A stretch of DNA of 63,999 bases, filler included, from Chrysochromulina tobinii (lineage: Eukaryota), in the NCBI GenBank assembly GCA_001275005.1. It is 5 parts of 5 records of this genome, joined end to end, with 100 filler letters (N's around TTAATTAATTAA, not from the genome) between each part and the next. Parts side by side here need not be neighbours in the genome. Positions count along the whole stretch, not along the records: positions 49,091 to 61,208 come from JWZX01000916.1; positions 61,309 to 63,999 come from JWZX01000921.1; 3 more parts are not named here. The stretch is one strand, 5' to 3'. Below, in pieces: positions 54,948 to 63,999 of the stretch (its first letter is position 1; every line of letters begins with the position of its first letter). The notes beneath the pieces are model-generated. The model did no database searches, was not told the DNA's origin, and saw nothing but the letters and a program-made list of their open reading frames with translations. Both the position numbers and the translations under genes were made by a program.

Positions 54948-56849
54948 ATGATGCGCCTCATGTTCGGTAAGCCCAGGAAAAATCCCACACATGCGCTCGA
55001 GCCGGGCGAACTGTGTATGGCGCTGCCGGTAGAAGATGAGCGCCGCGTCGGTGAGGGCTCAAAGTACTTCCTCGCCACAGTCGTCGACTTCAAGAAGCGG
55101 ATGGTCATCTTCTTTGACGACGGCTCCGAGTCTGAGGTGGAGGTGGCTGCCCTCTCGGAGGCGACCCGCGACGATCGCGAAGCCGCCAAGGCCGTGTACG
55201 GCTCCACGCTCTCCGAGTGCAAGACGCTTCTGGCCAACGACCCGGAGGAGATCATTTCCGCGGCGATCGCGAAGGTGAAGGCGCAGATGGGCGGTACACT
55301 AGGAGATGATGGCATGATCTCGTACACGCAGGCAGCCGGCGAGGAGATGATGGAGGGCCAACTGTTCCTCGAGGCGCTCCTACAAAACTTTGGCGCCATC
55401 GCGAAGCAGAGCCCGGCCATCGACTGGATGCGCTCGCACTGGCAGGAGGTGTGTGCGGAGCATGACATGGACAGCTCGGGGACCATCTCTGATGCGGAGG
55501 CGGCGTCCATCTGGGCGCAGATGGCCATGACAATCAGCGAATTCGTCGCCGCCAAGTTGGACGTACTCGGCGCGCCAGCGCGCCTTTACCGTGGTGACCT
55601 GTGCCTCGCGTCGCAGACGAAGCAGCCCCTATCAGCTCTTCCCGCCGGCGCCGGCGGCGACCTTGGGGTCTGGGTCAGCTCCCTCGGCAGCGACCCAGGA
55701 CCGAGCCTCGCGACGTACATGAGCAGTACCCAGGTAGTGTTCCTCGACGGCGACGGCAAAGTCGAGAATGCCGTTGGGATCGCGCCCGCGTCTGCAGCGG
55801 CCAAGGAAAAGGCCATCTTGCGCTACACGATGGCGGTCGCGCAGTTGAAGGCGATCGCTCGCCGCCCTTCGAAGCAGCTGGTTCGCGAGGCGATCGATAA
55901 GGTGCGCGCGGCCATGGGCGGCACCCTCGGCAAGGACGCGGCCATCAGCTATACCCAAGAGGCTGGGGACGAGGCGCGCGAGGGTCAGCTGCTCTGCGCA
56001 GCGCTCATGGAGAACATAGGGGCGCTCAAGACGCACAGCCGCGCGGCGGCGGCGGTGGCGGCCAACTGGCAAGTCGCATGCGCTCAGGCGGACGAGGACG
56101 GCTCGGGCACCATCACGCCCAAGGAGGCGGTCGCCATCTGGGACCGGATCCTTCTCGAAACGATGCGTGCCATGACGAGCAAGCTGGATAAGCTAGGCGT
56201 GTATCCACTGCCGCTACTCCTTGAAAAGGGCGACTTCTGCATGGTCCGATGCATTCCGAGCGAGGCGTCCGTTTCCGACCCCCAGCGCCTGTACCTCGCC
56301 ACGTACGTGGACACGACGCACGCGATCTTCTTCGACGACGGCACAGACGAGGTGCGCGAGGTGTCGAGCGTTGGGCCGGCGACCGAGGCGGACAAGGACG
56401 TGTACGTCGTCAAGTACATGAAGGCTCTCGACCAGTGCACCCAGCTCGCGGGGTACGATGAGCAGGGCGTGGTCACGATGGCCATCGAAGACGTCAAGAA
56501 GGAGTGTGGCGGCAAGCTTGGCCCCAATGGCGAAATCGACTATACCGAGTCCGCGGGCGACGAGGCGAAGGAGGGAAAGCTTCTCGTCGAGGCTCTGCTC
56601 TCCAACTTGGGCGCGCTCTGGGATGAAGCCCCCTCGCTCCGATACATGATGAGCCACTGGCGCGAGGTGTGCAAGGAACTCGACGTCGATGGCAGCGGCA
56701 CCATCTCGGAGGAAGAGGCTGTCCAGATTTGGGACAAGGTGCTCTCCGCCTTCAGGATGATGGTGCTCCGCAAGCTGCAGCTGCTCGGCGTCGTCGAGAG
56801 GATGGTGGCCAGGATCAACAACGTCGTGACGGGGCCGCTTGCTGCATGA
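54948..56849 (+). CDS. Protein of three tandem about-200-aa modules, each with an EF-hand loop
   Basis: DMDSSGTISDAE (55464), DEDGSGTITPKE (56091), DVDGSGTISEEE (56682); shared G(E/D)xC...LAT...F(F/L)D...GGxLG...I(S/D)YT..AG.E..EG.L. Confidence 0.8.
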   Translation: MMRLMFGKPRKNPTHALEPGELCMALPVEDERRVGEGSKYFLATVVDFKKRMVIFFDDGSESEVEVAALSEATRDDREAAKAVYGSTLSECKTLLANDPEEIISAAIAKVKAQMGGTLGDDGMISYTQAAGEEMMEGQLFLEALLQNFGAIAKQSPAIDWMRSHWQEVCAEHDMDSSGTISDAEAASIWAQMAMTISEFVAAKLDVLGAPARLYRGDLCLASQTKQPLSALPAGAGGDLGVWVSSLGSDPGPSLATYMSSTQVVFLDGDGKVENAVGIAPASAAAKEKAILRYTMAVAQLKAIARRPSKQLVREAIDKVRAAMGGTLGKDAAISYTQEAGDEAREGQLLCAALMENIGALKTHSRAAAAVAANWQVACAQADEDGSGTITPKEAVAIWDRILLETMRAMTSKLDKLGVYPLPLLLEKGDFCMVRCIPSEASVSDPQRLYLATYVDTTHAIFFDDGTDEVREVSSVGPATEADKDVYVVKYMKALDQCTQLAGYDEQGVVTMAIEDVKKECGGKLGPNGEIDYTESAGDEAKEGKLLVEALLSNLGALWDEAPSLRYMMSHWREVCKELDVDGSGTISEEEAVQIWDKVLSAFRMMVLRKLQLLGVVERMVARINNVVTGPLAA

Positions 56850-57149
56850 GCGTGTGCCTCTTTATACGTAGGAATGCAAACTTTCGAAAACGTTGTTGGT
56901 TACAGTCAGACTGCGTTCGTTTTGATTGAGTTTCGTCAGCCTCGTCAAAAGCGGTATGAATGTGTCCGTACATTGTTGTCATCAGAGGTTATCCGAGGTC
57001 ATCCGAGATCATCTGTGGGCGATATCAAGCTTGCGCGCCATCAAGCTTCCCATGTCCGAACATCAACGAGCAGAAAGTGTTGGTCTTCTAACAGGTCGTG
57101 AAGTAGGCCTAGAAGGCTAGCTCTGAAACGTGCACGCCGCGTCCAAAGC

Positions 57150-57980
57150 ATGCCTTTGCCACTGCCTCTTCCTGTGCGTTCACTCTTGACATTTTCATGG
57201 GCTGACAACGCTTGGTCCGAGGTGAACGGGCTGAGCCAACTGCCTGTCGAGCTCCTGAGCCACATTCTTGATCATCTCTCGACGATCGAGTGCATGACTG
57301 CCAAGTGCGTGAGCCGCTCACTCTGCAGTGCAGGGCGCGGTGTGCTCCCACGTCGCTGGCCCGGTTTGAGTGTGGAAACCGGCTTCTTCACGTTCGACGC
57401 TCTGCCTACGGCGCTCGTTCCCATCGGCTGCCACGGCGGCCGCATGCGCTTACATTCGGATGGCACACTTTCCGGTGTGTATTCTCACTTTCTGCTCGAC
57501 CAACCCGTCAACCTCGCGGCGCTGGCGACCCCAGCCGCCAAATGCCAGCGCGGCCCATATTCCAAGATTCGTGGCACATGGACCGGCGATGCGCTGAACA
57601 TCGAGCTGCTCGACTATTGCGCAAGCCAAGATGGGCCGAGCCTCGCCTCCTTTGAGCTTCGCGTCAGTACGTCCGAGCTCACGCTGCAGGGACACATGCT
57701 ATGCCTCGGGGGTCAATGGAGGCTGCATGTGCTCCCAGAACAGGGCGGCGATACAGATCACGTTGGCGACCTGCATCGGCTGAATCTCAACTACTCACCT
57801 CCAAACCGACGACCGCCACAGGCGCAGCAACGAGGCAGGCGTACTCACCGCGAGCGTGCCGCACACATGGCCGAAGAAGAAGAGCACCCTTCCATCATAC
57901 GTGATGTTCTGAGTCGGCCGCCACCGTTGCGCGATGGATGCGCTCGGAGCTGGTCAGCCTGTCCGTGCGGAGATGCATAG
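57150..57980 (+). CDS. F-box protein; 3' structure uncertain
   Basis: LSQLPVELLSHILDHLSTIECMTAKCVSRSL. Confidence 0.65.
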   Translation: MPLPLPLPVRSLLTFSWADNAWSEVNGLSQLPVELLSHILDHLSTIECMTAKCVSRSLCSAGRGVLPRRWPGLSVETGFFTFDALPTALVPIGCHGGRMRLHSDGTLSGVYSHFLLDQPVNLAALATPAAKCQRGPYSKIRGTWTGDALNIELLDYCASQDGPSLASFELRVSTSELTLQGHMLCLGGQWRLHVLPEQGGDTDHVGDLHRLNLNYSPPNRRPPQAQQRGRRTHRERAAHMAEEEEHPSIIRDVLSRPPPLRDGCARSWSACPCGDA

Positions 57981-58700
57981 CGTTATTGTAGTCGACACCG
58001 AGACCCCTCACGTCAGACACCAAAAGTCCATCGGTCATCATTTCATGTGTGGTTATAATCCTGGGACTTGCGACTTCTCTGAAAAGGATATTGGATTACG
58101 TACGGATTATGCTGACCCACGCTGGATCCAACCTTCCAAGAATGCACATTCCATGGGCATGGCACATTGACATTCATGATATTGCATTTATTGCTGCCCT
58201 GCCGCTTGACCCCAACAGTTAAGCGGCCGTGAACTCAACGTGGGATGAGACTGTTGGCAGAGCTACCACAGGGGCCCAACCAGGGGGAAGGGGTATTGGG
58301 CATATGGGGTACCGTGCGGACGCATACCGGGAGATATGCTGCTCACGTTTCAGATTCAAGGGAATCTCGAAACTGTTTGATGCGCATCCCGATTTAATTC
58401 CAACGGAAGGCACGGACTGGGTGCATACACCTCGTTGGGGAGACCCTCGAACGATGGTCGCATTCTCGTCTGGCTCTCTGATGAGAGCGGAGTGGTCCCG
58501 CCCACCCACCGCGATGTAAGCCTGGTCTAGCTTTAGCAGGGACCGGGTTGTCGCGCTCACCAGGCTGCTTGTGTAGCTCTGATGAACAGCAATTCAAGTC
58601 AAACACGCGACCAAGTTTACGAGGCGGGGCGCCTGCCAGGGCGCGACTCATCTTCTCACCAACTTTCTCACCCCTTTTTGCCGCCGACGCCGTACGCCAA

Positions 58701-59894
58701 ATGCCAAGCAAGAAGGCTGAAACATCCGAGCCCGAGGAATATTTGGTGGAGAAGCTCGTGGATATGAAGATGGAGGGCAAGAAAAAGCTCTTCCTCGTCA
58801 AATGGAAGGGCTTCTCTGCCAAGCACAACACGTGGGAGCCCGTCTCAAATCTAAAGGATTTTAAGGATGAGATGGCGGAGCTCGAACGCTCTAAGAAGGA
58901 GGAGGAGGAAGAGGAGGCGGAGGAGGAGGAGGAGGCGGTAGAGGAGGAGGAGGTCAAGAAAGAGGAGAAGCCAGCGGCAAAGAAGCGCGCCAAGGCAGAA
59001 GACGAGAAGAACGTGGCGGCGCCGCCCGAGCGCCGCGCGGCCAAGGAATCGCGCATGGCCATCTCGGAAGGGAGTGAAGCACGCGCGATGCCCAAGCGCG
59101 GCGGCCCATCGGCCGAGGAGGAGTCGCCGTCGAAGCGCGCCAAGGCGGCGGCATCTAATGAGAAGAAGCCCAGGCGGCCAGCGATGGACGTGGTGGCACT
59201 GGCGCAGCAGCTCAAGGCAGAGATCCAGAAGAAGCGGCGGCCGGGCAAGGAGCCTGGCGAGGAGAAACCGCCCAAGGAGAAGAAGCCACGTACCAAAAAG
59301 GCTTCGGCAGAGGTGGTCGAGGTGGATAAGATCCTCGCCGTGAAAGCAAACGTCAAGGGCGGTCTGCTCTACCAAATTCAGTGGATGGACGGTACAAAGA
59401 CATGGGAGCCTGAGGGCAACGTGATGGACGACGACCTGATCGACGACTTTGAGGCAGCGGAGCAGGCCAAGGCGTACAGCGACCACGATATCCAGGTGGG
59501 CTCCGAGGTCGAGGTCAAGAACGTCACCGAGGGTTTCGAGAACTCGTGGACGGCAGCCAAGGTGACCAAGAAGGACAAGGGCGGCAAGTGGACGGTCGAG
59601 TTTACGGGCTTCGTGGACGAAGAAGGCGAGGCGGAGACCGAGAGCGGGGTCGAGCGCGAGCGCCTCCGCCTGGTGCCCGACGAGGTTGAGAAGGGATGGG
59701 TACCCATCGTGGGCGAGATGATCGAGGTGAACGAGGATGACTGCTGGTGGGAAGCGCGCGTCGTCGAGATTTCGGGCAAGAAGGCCAAGCTGCAGCTGCG
59801 CGTCTCCGACGAGTTCAAGACCTCCACCATCGGCGCCAAGAAGCTACGGCCCTGCGGTTGGCTGCATATGGCCGGAAAGCGCGCCAAATCGTGA
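58701..59894 (+). CDS. Two chromodomains + tandem Agenet/Tudor domains
   Basis: EEYLVEKLVD...FLVKWKGF...NTWEPVSNL; EVDKILAV...YQIQW..GTKTWEPEGNV; VGSEVEV....EGFENSW..AKV; VGEMIEVNEDDCWWEARV. Confidence 0.85.
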   Translation: MPSKKAETSEPEEYLVEKLVDMKMEGKKKLFLVKWKGFSAKHNTWEPVSNLKDFKDEMAELERSKKEEEEEEAEEEEEAVEEEEVKKEEKPAAKKRAKAEDEKNVAAPPERRAAKESRMAISEGSEARAMPKRGGPSAEEESPSKRAKAAASNEKKPRRPAMDVVALAQQLKAEIQKKRRPGKEPGEEKPPKEKKPRTKKASAEVVEVDKILAVKANVKGGLLYQIQWMDGTKTWEPEGNVMDDDLIDDFEAAEQAKAYSDHDIQVGSEVEVKNVTEGFENSWTAAKVTKKDKGGKWTVEFTGFVDEEGEAETESGVERERLRLVPDEVEKGWVPIVGEMIEVNEDDCWWEARVVEISGKKAKLQLRVSDEFKTSTIGAKKLRPCGWLHMAGKRAKS

Positions 59895-60374
59895 GACGAT
59901 GCACGGAGAGGCGCGCGCAGGCCCTCGCAGCCCGCGGTGCATACAACAAAGTGTGGTATGGCATGTGTGCCCAACGTGGCGGCCGGTGATGTGCACCTGG
60001 TCATCTGGGCTCCTGAGTGTCATGCTCATGGGAGCGGTCTCGCATGGATATCTCGCTCGCGCGCGGCCGCGCGCACCACACGTGCGGGTCTGGGCGTGGC
60101 GAGATGGCGAGAGGGCCAGATGCCGAGATCAGATGTACACGCGAACCTGCTCTCGCTCGAGTGAGTCGTTTTATAAAGGTGCCCGCGCGTGAGGCGCCGT
60201 CAGAGTTTGACAGGACGCAAAAACTCTTTTTGACACCTAAAAGCGCCGTGCTGGCGACTTGCATGGCTTTAGCCCCCGTGCTTGGGGGTCCGGAGAGCGT
60301 GCGCGTTTTGTGTTTCACAGCAGCAGCAGCGTTGGCCACATGTCGCGCTTCCGCGCTGCTCTCCGATCCTCGTG

Positions 60375-61055
60375 ATGAAAACGGCCGAGGGCGAGCGACT
60401 AAAGGCAGCGCTCAACGCCGTATTGCAGGTGGAGGATGCGTCGACACTGCTACTCGGCCTCGTGCTAGATGCGGAGGCGAGCGCTGCCGCGCGCCGCTGC
60501 GCCTTCGGCGCGCTGATGAGGCCTGCGGTGCTCGGTGCTGAGAGTGCCGAGGCGATCTTTGCGCTAGCTGCGCTCTGGAGCAACGGCGTCGACCCGCACG
60601 TTGCGAGCGCTGTCGCTGATCTCGGACTCAACTTGTATAACGAGGCGAGGGGATTGCCTCTGCAGGCGCTCATGCACCGCTGCGGCTGTGCGACGGCACC
60701 TCAGTTGGAAGCGATGCACAGCGCCAACCTCTGCACGGTGTCCGACCTCGTGCACTACTGCAGCGATGTCGATAGTTCGGGCGCTGGCGATCTGGATGAG
60801 TCATGTAGCAGCCTGTGGATGGAGATGGAGGGCGCGCTATCGCTGCCCAAGCTGAGAGCACTCGTGCACGAGGCGCGCGCGCTGTGCGACGTGACTGCGA
60901 AGCTGCATGGCGTCACGAGCGAGAGCGGGAATGCTCTCGGCTTGGCCAAAGAGGACTTGATCGTTAAAGAGGTGGCCGACGACGACGACGACCTTGAGGG
61001 CATCGACTGCGAGGAGGAAGGGCCGGTTCCGGGGACTCGATCCGTTGGTTGTTAG
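60375..61055 (+). CDS. Hypothetical protein
   Basis: GC-rich coding-like ORF with acidic tail; no recognised motif. Confidence 0.45.
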   Translation: MKTAEGERLKAALNAVLQVEDASTLLLGLVLDAEASAAARRCAFGALMRPAVLGAESAEAIFALAALWSNGVDPHVASAVADLGLNLYNEARGLPLQALMHRCGCATAPQLEAMHSANLCTVSDLVHYCSDVDSSGAGDLDESCSSLWMEMEGALSLPKLRALVHEARALCDVTAKLHGVTSESGNALGLAKEDLIVKEVADDDDDLEGIDCEEEGPVPGTRSVGC

Positions 61056-61310
61056 TTTACTGTCCTAAACACTGACAGGGGAGCTTTGTTCTGTGACAGT
61101 GCCTGTTTCCATGTGTAACATGTCGCAAGAGCGCCGTAACCGTTCCCTAAACCCCCTTGCTGAGAGGACTCGGGACAAGAGGACAAGCACGAATGCGATA
61201 GCCACTCTNNNNNNNNNNNNNNNNNNNNNNNNNNNNNNNNNNNNNNNNNNNNTTAATTAATTAANNNNNNNNNNNNNNNNNNNNNNNNNNNNNNNNNNNN
61301 NNNNNNNNCG

Positions 61311-63998
61311 CCCGAAGTCTGCGCGTCGGGCTCGACCGGCAATCCAACGGTTGCCTTTGCACAAGAGAGTCTCATCCCGCCCCACTTTGAGGCGGTCCAG
61401 AACGCCATCCCAGTCTGCGCGCAGAAGCGCGGCTGCCTCTGGAGCTTCATTGCAGAACACGTGCCCCGCTATGTGGAGCAGCGTGGTATCTGGTGCCCTG
61501 GCACCATAAAGGGAAGACAAGAGAGCGCGGAGAAGTTTGCGATCCATGACATGCACGGTGCGATGCTTTGCTCTTGGGCCGATCGCTTGCTGACGATGTA
61601 CCCCAATCGCACCAGCTACTCCGACCTGGGCGGGATCCAGGCACTCTGGAATCTGTACGAGCAGAACGTCTTCTCGATGGCAACGGATCTCATCCCGTGC
61701 ACCCAGGCGTGCGGCTTCAAGCCCGTCCGCATGCTCAAGTTCATGCGCGCGTGGGCCCAGCCGATGATGAACGGAAGCGAGCCGGCTTATTCGTGGCGCG
61801 AGAACGGCGATGCGCCTAAGTATTTTGTGGGCGACTTTGCGGGCGAGCACTGCGATGGCGAGGCCCTGCCGGGAGGAGGCTGCGGCGGCAGCGAGGCCTA
61901 CTTGCCAAAGATCAACTGGGACGCATACAAGGTGGTTGAGCTCACCCGTTGGAATCTTCTCGATAGTTGCCTCGCGCAGACTGAGTTCGCCATCGGGATC
62001 ACCGAAGACCCGACGATGACCATTCAGTCGTCCAACATCGTGACAGGCGATGTCGACTTGGACGAGATGCTGCGCTGCATCAGATACTCCGGCGCGCAGC
62101 GTGACGCGGACCTTCTGCGACGTAATGTGTTTTCCGGCGACCGAGTCTCTGACTGGATAACGCTCCCCTATGAGATCTGTTCCATGCCGAGCCATATCCA
62201 GGAGTGCGTCGATGCAGCGGCGGCCCACGTCGTCGAGACACCCTTTTATGACGTGTCCAACCCTGTGAGGTTCGACGCGACCTTCAAGCTGGTTGAAGAT
62301 TTGAAGCGCCGGCGCTGGCGGCGGTCGAAAGGTAATCAACTTGAAGCCTATCGGCGCCCCCGATACCAGCTTGCCTCGACGAAGTACGTGGAGACGCTGG
62401 ACGCGGAATGGTTGTCGAACCTCCAGGAGGACAGTTTCGTCGCAGCACTCCAGCGGCGGGTGTCGCCGCCGCCGCCGCCGCCGCCACCGCCGCCCCCGTC
62501 GCCGTCGGAATCGCGTGATCGGGATCGGGATCGGGATCGGGATCGTGAGCCGCCGGCGGTGATGCACCCGCCGCCGGCGGTGAATCGTCACTCGTCGCCG
62601 CCGCCGCCGCCGGTGAAAGGAGCAAGAGTTGCGAAGGCGTGTTGCAATGATGAGATTTTGAAAGGAGTGGCTTTCACGAGATGTCGTTCCAAAGGCGTTC
62701 CTGTTTGCTGCAAGCCTTGGGATAAAGTGTGCCTCAAGATGCAAGCCGGCGGTCGCATCGATCCAATTACTGGCGTGTATATCCCTGGACCGGACTTCGA
62801 CTCTAAGTATGACCCAACCGCGATAGGTCCTCCTCCTGCAGGCTGGAAAACTCCCAGTCGTAGCAGTGGAGACACCTATTCCTATTCCTACGATGACGAG
62901 AATGGTGGAGGAAGAAAGAAATGTAAGAAAGGCAAGCCATGTCCCAACGGAGAGGGCGGCTCGTATAGCTATTCCTATTCCTACGACGAGGAAACTGGTG
63001 TTGGCGGAAGAAAGAAGTGTAAGAAAGGCAAGCCGTGCCCCAACGGAGAGGGCGACAGCTATTCGTATGACGAAGATGAAGAAGGAGGTGGCGGTAAGAA
63101 AAAGTGCAAACCCAAACCAGGCAAGCCCTGTCCCGCCGGAGATGACGACAGCTATTCTTACGACGATGAAGGTGGTGTCGGGAAGAAAAAGTGCAAACCC
63201 AAACCAGGCAAGCCCTGTCCCGACGAGGACTCCTACTCTTACGACGAGAATGGTGCTAGACGGAGAAAGAAGCCCGGAGCAGAAGGTGAAGAAGGCGATG
63301 TGAGTGGAGGACGCAGAAGGCGGCCCGGCGGTGAAGACTCCTATACTTATGACGAGAACGGGAATAGGAGAAAGAAGCCCGGAGCAGGTGAAGACGAGGA
63401 TGGTGGTTCACGCGTTCCACGCGCTCCCCGCGGGGCTGGCTATGGTCCCCATGGATTCACTCGCCGTACCATTCGCCGCGGCACCGTGCTCGAGCTGGCC
63501 GCTGCTGATGTAGAGCATGGTCGCACGTCGCGCTCCTCTCGATGGATGGGTGTTGCGAACGCCGAAAAGCTTTCCGCCGGTCTCATCCACGCTGGGTTCG
63601 CCACCTTCATCCAGCCGATCTACTGCTTCGCGTGGGAGGCGCATGCCGACGGCGACGAGATCGCCAAGTACCTCGCGCTTCTACCTGAGCAGTACATTGT
63701 CCCCGGCTCGAGCGCGATGACGACTTTCGACGAGCATGTCTTCAAAGCCAGCTTCGACGAAGCAATCGACACTCGGGCGCATGCGCTCATCGCATTTGGC
63801 CAGGTCGACAACAACACGTGGGTGCACTCAGTGCGCTCTGCTACGAGCCGACCCATCGTGGTCCTTGGCCTCATGCGCGACGTGCTCGCTCATCGCGTCC
63901 AGCTCTTCTACAGCGACGACGCGCGGCGCCAGATGACTGAACGGTCGTCGTCGACGTTTGTGAAGGCGATGATGCATTCGTGGATGCAGAGCGACGAG
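61311..63998 (+). CDS. Internal fragment of a large protein (896 open codons, truncated at both ends) with SYSY-acidic / KKKC-PCP repeats
   Basis: Manual translation from CCC GAA GTC TGC to AGC GAC GAG found no stop; absent from the ORF track because no stop lies in the window. Confidence 0.8.
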
Positions 63999-63999
63999 T

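Noticed and set aside
57980..58519. Short plus-strand ORFs after the F-box gene
   Set aside because: May be further exons, but I could not support a splice model or recognise a motif.
61257..62744. 495-aa minus-strand ORF in the track
   Set aside because: Antisense shadow of the continuous plus-strand frame; it ends in the artificial linker.

Overview
The window is five eukaryotic contigs (1-22486, 22587-38346, 38447-48990, 49091-61208, 61309-63999) joined by artificial N-TTAATTAATTAA-N linkers. The DNA is GC-rich and gene-dense with spliceosomal introns; a haptophyte alga (Chrysochromulina-like) is my inference from gene families and intron style. About 28 protein genes can be supported, including RFC3, an MDP-1 phosphatase, two fucosyltransferase-like genes, an EH/double-hotdog/START thioesterase, a CH-domain kinase, TM-TIR and HET-like/LRR proteins, a SecA-like helicase fused to VWA, a chromo/Agenet protein and an 896-codon frame the ORF track missed. 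Two structures stand out. (1) A recurring insertion pattern: local duplications of exon sequence (about 10-40 bp) with a shared minisatellite (TGATGACCTC/TGATTGCCTC family) or a second fixed motif between the copies, joined at microhomologies. Sense-oriented insertions mostly form new GT-AG introns; antisense ones appear only as in-frame coding insertions. This suggests a template-switch intron-making process unlike classical introners. (2) A 2.1-kb Mutator-like element with a perfect 10-bp TSD carrying a foreign-looking head-to-tail array of small ORFs separated by a conserved 27-bp motif that overlaps each stop codon. Domain calls are by motif recognition only; no database searches were run.
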